Shown: positions 13,376 through 26,658, counted from the first letter of the stretch. The stretch: DNA of 64,000 nucleotides from Lingula anatina (GCA_051362555.1 CM120643.1:4154001-4218000), one strand, 5' to 3'. Made by a program: numbers and translations. The notes: generated by a model not told the origin, from the letters alone.

Positions 13376-15761
13376 TAAGGCACTAGTAGATATGTCAGTG
13401 GCAATACTAAGATGAATAAAAATAAAATGATAAAAAGAAAGTGTAGTGATAGTTTCTAATATGATTTTTTTACTTCCAAAAGTATTTTATGCGGTTCAAA
13501 GTGATAACATTGGTAATATTAAAGAATCGGGGACCACTGAAAGACAAAGTATATTGCAAACTTTTAGAGAGATAAAAAACTAGGTCACATCTCCAGTTTC
13601 TCCCTGCAGAATGTTGCAAATATCATGTCACCTCTCTATTCCATTTTGTTCTGTCTCTTCTTAAAATGTCAGAAACTGTGTAAACTGTTCAGCTTTTGGA
13701 AAAAACTGTACATGTACATTTAAAAAAAACTTTGTAAAACTATACTCCACCCCCCCCCCCCCCCCCCCCCCCCCCCCGGAAATCACTGAACCATTTTTAA
13801 CCTTTAACGTCGTCAAACACAGTGATACTTACAGTCCGTTTTTACTTTAACATTTGCTCTTTTTTATGGTTATTTTGGCTAATGGGGCTTTGGGGTCACT
13901 CCCTCTTCTGTGTTAACTTAATACAATGGGTGTTAATGTATTGCTCTAATGTCCAACCTTGTTAGGGTAAATGCATTTTACCTAAGATGAATAACTCGTT
14001 TATATTTTTAACCTAATAGGTAAAACAATCGATTCATATTGTGTAATTCGGTTTTATCTCCTTTAACCCTAAAAGGTGGAGATAAAAAGCTCTATAATAA
14101 GCCTTTTAGAAAGGTTTATCCCCCACCCAAAAAAGTGCCTTTATTGGAGTAAACAGCACCGCGCTCATAGAGAGCTAACCCAGGATTTCGTGCTACTGAC
14201 ATCGGGCACGCGCAACGTGTTTTGAATTTGAGTCCGGGCGTCTAGTTTTTGGATCTATTTGACAGTGTCTCGGACTTGGTATAAAGTTAAAACAACGTTG
14301 AATTTAAGAAGACTTCTCACGAAAGTTGCTTCTACAGGACTTCATTGCGGAAGTCTCAGCCTTTTGTGAAGCACTAGCACTTACTGGTACATCGTCCCTG
14401 TCACGGCACACTACGCTACAAGGCCGAAAAGACGATGTTTTTAAAATGTACGCGTCACCCTGTCCACTCCCACAGCCACATCAGACCACGTCTGTTCCAC
14501 TTCAGTGTGACTTCTGCTGGTCTTTTCTAGCATTAAGATAGAATAAATCTTAAAAAATTTCTATAACACTTATTTTCTGAGGCGAAATTTGATGCTGACA
14601 ATCATTTATTTCTGCAACAAATATTTAGTTTGTTTCAAAATGGCAGCCAAAACAGCCAACCTAGAATTTCATCAACAACAAGTTAAGGTACTGTAGTGTG
14701 TCATATGACTTTATAATGTTTTAAGGATTGCAAAATCCATTTCTGATGTTAATACTGAAATCGGGACATTTTACAGTGAGTTCAGTTACCATGTGAGCTG
14801 ACAGTTAACTGTCAAGCTAGACTGAAGACCCAGAATCTTCGATAATGGAGACAATGAACCACCTCAGTCATCTAGATCTATCAAAATGAGGAGTGAAAAG
14901 AATTCCCAATTCCTCAACATCTGTTGGATGGGAATTATAAAGAAGAATCAATTATCCTTGCCAAAAAGTAAATATTTTATAATTGTGATTCTTCCTTATA
15001 ATTCACATGCAGGAGAACTTGAGATATCTAATTACTCCTTGTTTGGACTGACTGAGATCTGGCTTAGCTTAACAGTAAACTATCAACCAACAAGGTAACC
15101 AAACTACATTTATAAGGTAAAAACATAAAAAAAGGCATATTACAAACTAGGGGGCGTTTAATTGGCGATGTTGCAACTCTTGTTAGGGACTTTTGTATGC
15201 CATTTTGAAAATCGTTCATTTACCAACCTAAATGGCTGTTTTGAAAATAAATATAGTTGCACATGTGTGTTTAGCATCATTTCCTGCCATAGAAAACGCT
15301 TACTTATCAAAATATTGTGCTTCACCCAACCCTATTCAATACAGGTATATACACGCATGTGGTTACTATAGTTACTGTAAATGTAGTACATATGCTTTGT
15401 GTGCGTTTCCAAAAATATTGAAATTACCGACCTAAAGAATGCTCCTCTAAAATCACTTGTTCCTTGAGAGATTTAAAAAAAAGTTATTATAATACCCTAC
15501 CCTAATGGTGTATATATATATATGAGCTTCAGTTTGATGCCCTATACATATATTATATTCGATCAAAAGCCCATGAAAATAGATTTTTAAATCTCTCAAA
15601 CAAAATTAGTTTTAGGTGCAAAAATCGTTTATTTCGACTCCCCGCTTAAGTAAAACTTTTTAACGTCCGACACTTCCTATAGCATTGTAGGCTATGGACA
15701 CTATACAAGAGTATGTAGCCAATATGTTTTTTACCTCGTAGTTACTTTTTCGTAAATTGAC

Positions 15762-15792
<31 letters not shown>

Positions 15793-16034
15793 ACTTACCC
15801 CGGGGTCCAACTTTCCCCGGTCTCCCCTATATAAGACTTACATTTTTATAAGACATCTTTTTACTACGTTGTAAGTAATAAAACATTTAAATCCACAATG
15901 TATGAATAAATGAGTAGCACGTGTCACATTCACCATAGCCAAGACATTGAAGACCCGCATAGACGTAATAGTCCTCGTTAATTTCACATGACTTTACATC
16001 CCAATTTATAAACCACGATCATCCACGTACATTG

Positions 16035-16041
16035 TATATAA
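16035..16041 (+). promoter_or_regulatory. Possible TATA box of the MGAT4C-like gene
   Basis: tatataa lies about 45 bp upstream of ATG 16083. Motif evidence only. Confidence 0.3.
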
Positions 16042-16082
16042 TAGCGTAACAAGTGTGTCTTTGGCAAGGCTGACGTGGAAGT

Positions 16083-19000
16083 ATGGCGCGTTTTATACTA
16101 TTACAGCGTTTAATTGCTGTTGGATCTTTATTTGCAGTCTGTTCTTATCTTGTAATAGTCAAACTATTTAACAAGGATATTCGGAGTAATGGGGCGCAGA
16201 AAGGTGAGTTTGTGACGAACTTTGCTCTACTTTGGCTGCAGAAAGTCTTGATCGTCTCCTTATTCTTTATCTTTCGGGCCTGTCCCCTTTTCAGGTGTCG
16301 CCACAGCGGATTGTACGTCTCCACCCACACCGGTCCTGCGCATGGTCATCTTCCACGCCCATCTCTTGCATATCTTCCTTGATTGCATCCATATATCTTT
16401 TTATTGGCCTCCCTTGTTTCCTCTTTGCTCTCTTTCCTGGTGGGTTCATTGCCAGCATTTTTTTGTCCCATTTATTTTTCTTCCCGCCGTCTAAAATGCC
16501 CATACTGGTGTAGTCTCCACTGCCTTGCTTAAACTGCCTTTACACTGGGCGACGTCCATTCTGCGTCCCGTAGTTAATACTTAATTTGCTTAAAAACAAA
16601 TTCGCGGATCTATAATTCTCTTAATATTTATATTAGAGGCACATTGGTATGCGACACATTTTGAATCAAAACAACATCCAGATATAAAATTAACAGAAGT
16701 AAAATTAACTAAATCAAGTAATTTGCTTCCATAATAAGATAATATACATGTAATTCAATGGTTTCTCAAGGAACAATGCATATCTAATGTTACACTCACT
16801 TTGCGTATTTCAGACTACTCCTCGGATCTTAATGGAGATTTACAGATGGAAAAGAATCAGGTAACATTTCAGGGGAGGATCCAGAATTTTATGAAAGGGG
16901 GGTCCGGTTTTTAGGGATCGGCAGGCCTCGGATTGCGAGGCCAACCCTCACCCCCTTGGCGTCAGGTTCGGGGCACGCTCCAGGACCCGAAAAAAAATGG
17001 TGTTTTGGAGGGAAAATGAAGCCATTTAGTGTGGTTTAGAACTGATTCAGCTAGACGATTTTTTATGCGTTTTTTTTAATCAGAAAATTAAACGGGGGGG
17101 GGGGGGGGGGGGGGGGGGGGCAGGACCCCAGGGGCGGATCCAGAGTTATTTTCTGACAGTCTTCCAATTTATCTTTATTGATCCATCCTCCATTTTTGAC
17201 CGTCTTCCGACAGAAAAAATTAGATACCCGTCAATGTAAATTTGAAAATCTGACCGTCTTCCGGAAGACCCAGAAGACGTCCTAAATCCGCCTCTGGGAC
17301 CCCCCTGACACCTCCCCCCGCCCTAAATCCGCCAATGGAGTTGGCCAGCCAATAGGATCGGTCAGATTGACATCTACTGCCTTGTGACTTTGACCGTCAC
17401 CATAACAGAAAAGGCAGAATGGCGCGAGTGAATATTGTTGACCAACCAAGCCAAGTCCCTTCAAACAAAGCCAAGGTCAAATTGGCCTTATTGCCGGCAA
17501 TATAGGCTTTGCTACTGGTTAGAAAGCATAAATTGTTCCGAAAGGACAAGGAGTTATGCTTTTTACGGACCACTTAAGAAAATTTGGCACATTTAATATG
17601 GTTAGCGGTCTTCCATATTTATTAATTAATACTTCTTTTAGCAAAATCTATCAATAGAAAGTACACTCGTGAAAATGGAAAGGGTTTGAAATAATATCGA
17701 GAGACACCTTATGGTCTAATAATCCTGACTTCTTTTGAGCAGCACCAGTGCATATTACTACCAGGGGCGGATCCAGAGATATTTTCTGACAGTCCTCCAA
17801 ATTATCTTTGCATCCATCCTCCATTTTTAACGTCTTCCAACAGAAAAAAATTAGATATCTGTCAATGTTAATCTGACCGTCTTCCGGAAGATCCAGAAGA
17901 CGGCCTCAATCCGCCCCTAACCACTGGCATGGATCCCGAGTGGTCAGATTGGACCCTTTCAGATGTCTGAGAGAACAAAGATTGACGTATGACTTGTTCT
18001 GTCTACTTTAGATCCGTTGTAAATGTCACTCCATAAAATAAAAACCATTTGCTTTAAGTATTGTTATTGGTGCGACTGTTGCAAAGGTTTTAAGAAATTA
18101 AACGATTTCTTTTTAGACAAGTATGGGCCAAAGTCAATCTACGCATTCTCGTTTGGATAATGTGGAACTCAGGGATGTGTCTCTTTTTGGGAACCACCGA
18201 CGGGAGAAAGGTACAAAATGATACCCTTTCTTACTTTCTTCCTTCATTCGGCCTGCTCCCCTCTCTCTCCATCTCTCTCTTATCACCTTACATAAGATAT
18301 ATATCGAAACAACACCGCAAGAAAATTTTTGATATTAAATGGAAATGCTAAATGTTTTAATAAAACAGATGCAACCCCTTTTCCGTTTTCTCGTAATGTT
18401 TCAAATCCGTGTATTAAGTTTTATAATAGGAGTCAGTGCTGATTTTAACAAGTCTGAAGCGAATACTTCAAAAGAAAAGACTTCATTCTTTATCAGCAGA
18501 ACTGTTCGATTACGTGGCCTTCATACTATGACAATCCAGACGAACTGAAAACTTGCTTTCAAATGCCTTTGTCACCATTAGATTGTAAAGTATATAACAT
18601 TAACTAAATTCCAGGTTTTCTTACCATTGGCATCCCGTCTGTCAAACGACCACAGGGAAGTCTGTATCTGTTGCAGACGATTGCCTACATAATAAACAGG
18701 ACGTCTGCAAGTGAGAAAGAGAACATTGTATTACTGGTATTCCTGGCAAATTTTGATACAAAATATAATGAAAATGTCTTGAAAAATATAAGCGCCAAAT
18801 TTGATGACTACATCAAGAGTGGATTTATTCTAGTGATGCAAGTCCCTGAAAACAACTACCCCCCATTAGAAAATTTGAAAAGGAATTATAATGATTCTCT
18901 GGGAAAAGTAAAATGGCAATCAAAACAGAATGTTGATTATGCTTTTATGTTTCTGTACGGAAGAAATATTTCAGAATACTATATTCAGATTGAAGACGAT

Positions 19001-19345
19001 GTGATTCCCGCTCTTGGATTCTTCGAAGACATACGTGCCTTTATTTTAGCAAATGACAAGAAGCCATGGGTATGCTTAGAATTTTCAGTTCTTGGATTCA
19101 TAGGGAAATTGTTTAAGTCCAAAGACTTGGAGAAACTTGCAAGGTATTTGATTTTATTTTATGACGAGCAACCTTGTGATTGGCTTATTTTCCATTTCCT
19201 AAGGACAATGACTCAGAAGGGACATATTTACTACAAGCCGTCTTTATTCCAGCATCAGGGTGTATGGTCTTCTTCGGAAGAAAAGTCGAGGAAAGGACCT
19301 ACAATATTGCTTGACATTTACTTCAAAGACGGTAAAAATAATTAG
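16083..19345 (+). CDS. MGAT4C: MGAT4C-like alpha-1,3-mannosyl-glycoprotein 4-beta-N-acetylglucosaminyltransferase (GT54), type II membrane protein of about 330 aa; exons 16083-16203, 16814-16860, 18117-18210, 18615-19345
   Basis: All introns are GT-AG with consistent phases (1, 0, 1), 993 nt in total. N-terminal signal-anchor LIAVGSLFAVCSYLVIV. GT54 motifs: FLTIGIPSVKR, WQSKQNVDYAF, YYIQIEDDV, LEFSVLGFIGKLFKS, EQPCDWL, KPSLFQHQG. Confidence 0.9.
16255..16465 (-). mobile_element. RTE-clade LINE 3' fragment in intron 1 of the MGAT4C-like gene
   Basis: The minus frame reads KKMLAMNPPGKR...GRPIKRYMDAIKEDMQEMGV...AQDRCGWRRTIRCGD, typical of the RTE ORF C-terminus. Confidence 0.8.
16870..17337. 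mobile_element. MITE (caggggaggatcc...aatccgccaatg) 9 bp from the exon-2 donor, containing a nested MITE
   Basis: Degenerate terminal inverted repeats and an internal poly-G tract. Interrupted by the element at 17129-17296. Confidence 0.55.
17129..17296 (+). mobile_element. About 160-bp MITE family (TIR CAGGGGCGGAT); this copy has a 6-bp TSD, GGACCC
   Basis: ggaccc|caggggcggat...atccgcctctg|ggaccc. Further copies at about 17762-17919, 19749-19908 (reverse), 39850-40015 and 46032-46191, plus a partial copy at 46637-46670. Confidence 0.8.
17762..17919 (+). mobile_element. Copy of the CAGGGGCGGAT MITE
   Basis: Near-identical to 17129-17296. Confidence 0.8.
18615..19345 (+). CDS. MGAT4C: Large catalytic exon of the MGAT4C-like gene
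   Basis: Acceptor ttccag ends at 18614. The frame is open to TAG at 19343-19345 and contains track ORF 18671-19345. Confidence 0.9.
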
Positions 19346-19748
19346 ACAATAAGTGAAAAAGGAAAAGTGAAAATTAAAATTCCACGTTAAAATTCTCTTT
19401 ACCGTACGTGGTTCTAAATTTGTCGTAGTGGGTATGACATTACTATTTGAATTTATTGGGCTTGAACATAGAGGGGAGCTTTACATGTGGGGGATCATAT
19501 GAGCTAATTTTGTTAATTATGTATAGATTCTTGCTCTGATTTGTCATCATCATTATGCCAATAGTGCAGAATTACGCTCATATGTTTGTCTTGATCTCGT
19601 GTTCATTCCCGAGTAAATATTTTACTGAGCATCAAATACAGCAGAAAAATGATGTTTAATAAATGACAATTTTAAATGAAATATTTGAGCATTGCTGTTC
19701 TTAAATCATCTTAATTCATCTTATTCATCTTAATTCATCTTTTGGAGA

Positions 19749-19908
19749 CAGGGGCGGATTGAGGCGGTCTTCTGGGTTTTCCGGAAGACAGATTTTCCAG
19801 TTTACATTAATGGGTCTCCATTTTTACTGGTGAAAGTGTGAAAATGGAGGATGCATCAACAAAGATAATTTGGAAGACTATCAGAAAATATCTTTGGATC
19901 TGCCCCTG
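19749..19908 (-). mobile_element. Reverse copy of the CAGGGGCGGAT MITE
   Basis: The reverse complement matches 17129-17296. Confidence 0.75.
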
Positions 19909-20119
19909 TAAATCCGGTACTAATATATATCTTGAAACAACCCCAAACAATTAACTCTACACCGAAAAAAGAATAATGTTTCTTGCTAGTTTAATCCAAA
20001 TTAAGTGCAACGTCCACGTTTTTCCACTACAACAAACACAAAGACGGTGCTTCAGAACATCAACATTTCTTGTTCATGTGTGTAATAGACATCTTAAAAA
20101 CCCTCCCCCCTTTAGTTAA

Positions 20120-20260
20120 CAATAAACCGGTGTCTGGACTTCTGTGTGTAGATGACCTGGTTCTCTTTTCAAATAGCCTATCAGGTCTTCAATACAGCCT
20201 TAACAATCTGGAAAAGTAAAATCCGGAGGCTTTCCACAAACCTTGTCTTTAACACTAGTA
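20120..20260 (+). mobile_element. Non-LTR retrotransposon reverse-transcriptase fragment
   Basis: Reads LCVDDLVLFSNSLSGLQYSLNNLEK*, a decayed YADD...GLQ..LN.L motif of CR1/RTEX-like RT. Confidence 0.6.
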
Positions 20261-20628
20261 AAGAGAAAACCACAGATTGTAGTGTAGAAGGTAAAGACAC
20301 ATTTTAAATAGACTGTAAATTATTATTGCGTCTCTTTATAACTAATCTCCCCACCAAACCTGGTAAATTTAGAGCAGCATAAATTAACTTAAATGTGCGT
20401 ATTAAGGGACTAGACTTCTCAAATTATTGCCAATAAGCTCGACCAAATGCCACCATGTATAGTTTCATATCGTTTAACTTCAAGAATATCCACAGGGTTT
20501 CAGAACTGGAGAAACGGATAAATATATCAAGTTTACGACCAGAAATATAATAAAGGTGCAGTTTTAAAGTTTTTTCGGCTGATCGGGTAATAAGTTTCAT
20601 TGTGGTTTCTTTTGTTTCAGTTGTGTAA

Positions 20629-20945
20629 CAGGCCTACCCAACTACCAGACTCGGCACCGAATGATCCTGAATTCACCGGTAAATCGGACCACACTACCCG
20701 TTTTCAAGGTGTGTATCAGTACGCATTTCACAGTATCAGACGCGACACCGCTCTTGCCTAGTACGCGATGTGATAGTGACGATTCTCAGCGGGGTTGAAA
20801 AGCATTGCATCACCACTCAAAATTTGTTCAGGGTATGATACTGTGTAATGCGTATTGACTCACACCTTGAAAACGGTTAGTGTGGTCTGATCTACCGGTG
20901 AATTCAGGATCATTCAGTGCCGAGTCTGGTAGTTGGGTAGGCCTG
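20629..20945. mobile_element. 317-bp foldback MITE with about 110-bp TIRs and a 5-bp TSD (TGTAA)
   Basis: tgtaa|caggcctacccaactaccagactcggcac...gtgccgagtctggtagttgggtaggcctg|tgtaa. Confidence 0.9.
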
Positions 20946-23900
20946 TGTAAGAAGCTGGTAGTAGTAATTTGTATGCGTTACAGAAAATGTACACAGTTAC
21001 TCTTTCGCTTGATACGCATCTTTAAAAGAAAAAAAAAACAAAAAACTTTTTTCCGACGAGCCTGTTGGAAAGCTTCTGTTAACAACTTTTGGCTGCATGT
21101 CCATGCCAAAATATCGAAGCACGAAGTTGGAGGAGAAACAGGAAGAACTACTCCTTAAATAGAAAGGTAAAAATGCAATTAACGAAATTTTGGCATAATA
21201 CAAAGATGTTGAATGACAGTAATTTTTTTTTTGATATGCGTATCCATATACATGTAGATGAATTAAATATTAGAAATTCCTTTCAACTCAAAGCAAATAT
21301 AACCTAAAATCATGAAGCTCTAAATTGAAAAGAGATTTGGAGATTTATGGTTAAAACAGAAATCACCTAAAAGCTAACACTTTCCAGGAAAGCGTTAGTA
21401 GCTGCTTTAAACAAAACTGGTATACATGTAGTGAACTTGAGGAGACGTCTGAGCTAGGAACCTTTAATTAATTAAATGTATTTAATAAGAAAAATATCTT
21501 TATGTTGTAATGGCTGATGAAAACAGAAAAGCACTTCGTTGTGTTCGCGCATATAAACTTTGCATTGATATAGGTTGATACACAAGCATTTAACTTCACT
21601 GGTGTCACAATGAAATTCAGTAAAAAGCACGTCTTTTCTCCAGCTTGTATCCGAGGGCCGAGACACCAGTCAATCAATGCACAGCTTCAAGTGTGTTATT
21701 TTTTATTTTTATTTTTTTTTTTTTTGTCGACCCCCACCTCCCCATTCGTTATTGTTATAATTTTTTTTCTGAAGGGTTATCCCCGCTCCTCACTAATATT
21801 CTGCCTCCTCTCTGCCGCTTTTATAATCGTTTGGTCAAGTTGAGAGTGGTCAATTTGGTCAACTTTTTATGATGTCTATATGTTATAGTGAGGAATGACG
21901 ACAGCAGTTTGGAGCTTTCGAACGTTTATTCACCGACTCTTTCTTCATACAACTTCACAAATATTTATACTCAATTTCTTCGTACTGATCACGCATTTAC
22001 TTGTTTTCTTTTCCATTGTCTTTGCGTGATTACAAAATATTTTCCATTCGCATGTTGCAAGTCACCATGCAACATTTCCTTATTAGGTAATCCCTAAGAT
22101 ACTTCTTTTCAATTAAAGATATCTAAAATATTATTTGGATTACTCATGCTTGGATCTTATCCAAAACTCAGTTATCATGTGATAAATAGATGATCAAAAT
22201 TAAAATATGTTATGAAATTAACCAATCACATTAACTGTTACTGACTTTGACCTTTTCCATCTTTTTCTGACACTAAAAACATGTTCTACACTTGTTGACT
22301 CTTGGAGAAACTTAACTTACACTCAATAACTCTTTGTCCTTTTACTCTTTTGATTCCGCTTTAATTGTTATCTGCAATTAGTGAAAGAGTAAGTAATTTG
22401 CTTTACAACATACACCCCTTCTTCAAAAGAATTCGTCCTCGAATTCTAAAAATTTACATATAGTTTGGGCCTTGTAGTTCTTTACATTTTGATACAATGC
22501 AAAGGAAATCGTTTGCATAACTCTGTAAACTGATTGTTATGTGATTTCTTTTTATTTTTTCTTATGTGTTCATATGTACTGATGCATAAATAAAAATATC
22601 AGATATACTTGGTACAAACTCTATACAATATGCATGTACGACATCATGTTTTAAATGGGGTGTGTTGATTTTAATAACCTTATTCATTTGGGATGAAAAT
22701 CCATGGACAAAACAAGATGGTTTGTTTAAACAATAACCCGATGGTTACGTTTTTAGACCAGGTAAAAACGCATCGTGTCTTCTCTAACACAATCCCACGA
22801 CAGTGCTATTATTATGTAAACCAGGTGAGCATTTTGGTGAGAGGTATTCAGATAGGACCAAGGTCAGTAGGAAGAAGAAGAAGCCTCATGTGCCACATTG
22901 CCATAATTTCCACACGTAGACTGAAATTTTGGCACTGAGAATTGCTGTAGTTTGTTGTAAGTACTGTATAGATGATGTAAGTCAACACTGAGCGTTTTAT
23001 GATGACGATAAATTATCAAAAAGTATGCATTTCCCACTTCAGGCCTAAGTGCTCTTGGGTATACTCAATTGACATGAATGCCGAAGTGATCTTGGAAAAA
23101 TATATATAACTTTTTATGTTGCTTTTTTCAGAAGGAAAGCATTTGTTCATAAAGAAGTGAGAAGATTATCCCAGCTGTCCAAAGGTCTGAACGCGTTATT
23201 CCGTTTTAAACAAAGCAAGACGACAAAGCAGGTAATACATGTAACTAACGGTACATTGTTGACTTTTTTTTTGTCATTTAACAGAACCGAGACATATTTT
23301 AACCCAGGTCCCCGTATTTACAAAATCCAGAATTATCATTATCAAAACTATAGGCTTTCTGTCAAATGTTTACATTTATTTAACTTTTAATTCCGCAAAT
23401 ATCTTTTGTAACAGTTGGTATACAGAGCAGCGTGATTGTACTGCCGGTTTTCTGTTTTTACGGTAAAATTATTTATGTGGGCAAATATACAGTCTCCATC
23501 AAAATACCCCTTGAGGGATATGGCTTAGCAATGATAGATAAATATAAAGATTTTAAAATATGTTGACGTGTAACAGTGTGTACAGGGCATGCAATAGTAA
23601 TAATGTCGTTCTAAAGTGTGTCATTGTATAGAACGTGTAGGTTCCAGTTTCCTAGTATATAGCTATTCTTATCATATGATTTCTGTGTCTCTTAATGCGT
23701 ACTGAAATGGATCGGTGTAAAGATTATATTTCACTTTAAAAATTATTAGATATTGTTTCTCGCATGTGGATATCGTTTAATTTATTTAATTTTTCATTTA
23801 CTTTCAGTATCTCGTAACAACCGTCTTACGATGAAATTGGACGCACTCTCAGCAAAGACATCAGATTCGTGTTCGCCAGCGCCCGCACCCATGTCAACGT

Positions 23901-26280
23901 TGTCTTGCGTGTCGAAGTTTGTCGTATAGTCAACTTGCAGGGTTGACATTTGATTTGGTTTGAAATGTAATATTTGCTTTGGTTTGTAATATTCTGCATC
24001 AAAACGTGTATCACATGAAGTGCAGCGTGCAGCAAATGTTTTATTCATGAAACTAAAATCCAAGCGTCAACCCTGCACGTCGCTGATTTATTATTATACA
24101 TGTGTAAATAAGTTGTAGTACATCACTCTATCGACGTTTTTATTGTAATTTATATTTTTTGTTTATACCCACCAGTTTTCGAATCTGAAACGACACTTTT
24201 AAAGCTATTCTAAAATATAAAATGCCTTGCTTAAGGGTCTATGAAAATAAAATTAATTGCAAAATTATCATTAAGTGATGTGCAGGTAGAGCACTGTGCT
24301 AGTACGACCGATTCAATGTTTAATTGTAAAATTATGTGTGGGCAAATATGTAATAAGACGCTTTGCTATGCAATCGAAAATGCATGTTTATTCATATTAA
24401 ACATGATACAAATATTGATTTTAATGAAGCTAACTTTAGAAAAAAATAAGTGGCGACTCCATTACGTAAAATGTCTACAGGAATTTTATTGTGGGTTCAA
24501 TGGAAGAAATGAACGAGATGTAAATTTACAATAAACTGTAAACGCTGAAATCCAAATATGACACTTAAGAATTAACGGCAAAATGAAATTGTAAAATGTG
24601 CTCAAGTTATTACAGAATTGCCCACACGTATTAAAACGGTTCTTTCTAAAATTGTGAATATGCGGTTATGACACATGGTAAGAATAAACTTCCTTTGGTT
24701 CCCGGTATTTTGATATACTAGTAGTATGTCTGATCAGTGATATACCCATAGTTTTATTGTTGGGAGGGGGTAGAAATGTTTTTGTTTTCAGAAAATCAAA
24801 CCAGGAGTTTGGGTAGTTTTTTTTTCGAAAATAACGTTTTGTAATTAAAGAAGATAATTTGACTTTTTGCCTTTATTTTAAAGCAAAAATGTTAAATGTT
24901 CACAAAGGGAAACAGTGCATTTTTGAAAGCGAGAAAACGTTTCCTTTTGGTATCATTTGTCAATTAAAATGTATGTAGAACTGGCATTAATCGCATCCTT
25001 TTACAACTCGAAAATGTGAAAAATCCTTATCAAATATGTATCGATAACTAGTTGTCGCAAAGATCTGTTTTGGGGTAATGGGTATTTCCTAGTAATTAAA
25101 CGAACTTTTGTAGACAGTCAACTTTTGTAAATCCTCTAAAACACTAAAATTTTCTGTTAATTGCCAATTTACTGACTTATCGTCTAAAAATACTTTTTCT
25201 TTTGTGATTTTTTTTTGTCTAATCAAATAGTGAAAATCAAAATTCTATCAGAAAAATGGCACTTTTATTGGTTAGAGTAAAAGTTTTACACAAAATTGAA
25301 AGTTCAGTGTTTTATTTAATGTTGATCTTGTACTTGGTACTTTCTTCATTCTATATTTCGGTCGGGATCAAGGGGTGATTGAGAACAAAAGGCCTGATTA
25401 GGTGCCAGTCCTGCACGTGCTGTTGGGTTATTTTTGCTGAGTGTTTCTTCATCACTGAAAACAGTTGAGTTTATTAGCATTTTCTGAGTGAATGTGCTTA
25501 GTTACTTTAAGTAAATTTGTTTTTGCATAACCTTTTCTAATTTTGTTTCATATTGTTCTTAAAAATGACTATGACTGGGATAAGGTTATAAACTGTCCAT
25601 GTCTTCATGCTGTTCTTGATTCGCACGACGCATACATTTAAGTGTTCACTCAAAATTGTGCCACCTAAATCCTATTTTAAGATTTAAAAGAGAAGAAAAA
25701 ATAACGCAAAATATGAGGTGCATATTCATTTATCATATGAGAATAGCACTCATCAAATTTACAAAATTGAATAACGTTTGACTGCTGTTTGGTGTTGTGT
25801 GCGATCATCAGCATGGCAACATGGAGTTAGTTGTAGGGTCATGAATGCGTTCCCGCGTGTGGGGAGAACGCTTGTACACGAGATCGTATGCACTTTGTAT
25901 TTCGATACTGTTACATTTTGGTACACTCATAAGACAAATACTTCATTGTCAACTTTGAACGATGGCTGTAAAGTACATCGCGACAAATCTTCAAATCTTT
26001 TCTCTTTTAATTCTGGGCAAAAAGTCCGAAATTCGATGTTCTTTTTTAAAATCAAAACGATTGATATTGAGCGACACTTTTCAAAGTGCATAAAATCTCC
26101 CACACATTCAGTTGTAGATAGTTGTATTTAAGATTGATTTACATATCGAAATGCTAAGTCGTTATGAAAATTACTTTATGTATGGCGCAATTGCTTGTAT
26201 TTCTTTTAATAAACGTACATGAAAGTTGTAATAGATGTAGTTTCAAAAAGTACAAAAATGCCGCTTGCTCATTTTTTCCT

Positions 26281-26658
26281 TCAGCTCGTCTCGAACCTTT
26301 GGTTATCAACTTAGTCGTAGTCTTCTCTTTCTTGATCTGTCGCCTTACCTACTGAGCTACTGTCTCAGCTTGATTTTCCTTATTCGTATGATCCTCTTGT
26401 AGTAGTTTAAATAGTTTATGTGGGTTTATTTTTGCAAAAGGTAATTTGTTGGGACCTAGAAGCGCCAGGAATCGAACTGGGGACCTTCTGTCTCAGAGAC
26501 AAGCGCGTTACCTACTTCTCTAAGTGTTCCCACCCACCCTCCCCGGGTAGACTTTCTTCTTATAGTAACCAAAGAAAATTTCTAATAGCACCTCATTGTA
26601 ATTCCAAAGTGCCCGAGCCAGGAATCGAACCCCAACCTCAGGCTACCACTGAGCCATG
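26281..26658 (-). repeat. Cluster of three degenerate tRNA-like (SINE-head-like) units
   Basis: Minus-strand A/B-box pairs: gtagctcagtaggt...ggttcgaga (26281-26360), tagagaagtaggt...agttcgattcc (26461-26524), tggctcagtggt...ggttcgattcc (26610-26658). None folds as an intact cloverleaf. Confidence 0.55.

Noticed and set aside
16204-16513. Read-through part of ORF 16083-16382 and ORF 16232-16513
   Set aside because: The coding exon ends at the donor at 16203/16204; the rest is intron containing an antisense RTE fragment.
13746-17120. Long poly-C/poly-G tracts as G-quadruplex regulators
   Set aside because: They sit within or beside transposon remnants, and homopolymer lengths are unreliable in assemblies.
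21050-21450. Possible death-domain-like exon remnants (LEEKQEELLLK*KGKNA; KALVAALNKTG)
   Set aside because: Multiple stops and too little similarity to support a call.
26461-26524. Functional tRNA gene
   Set aside because: A and B boxes are present, but the stems do not pair into a convincing cloverleaf.
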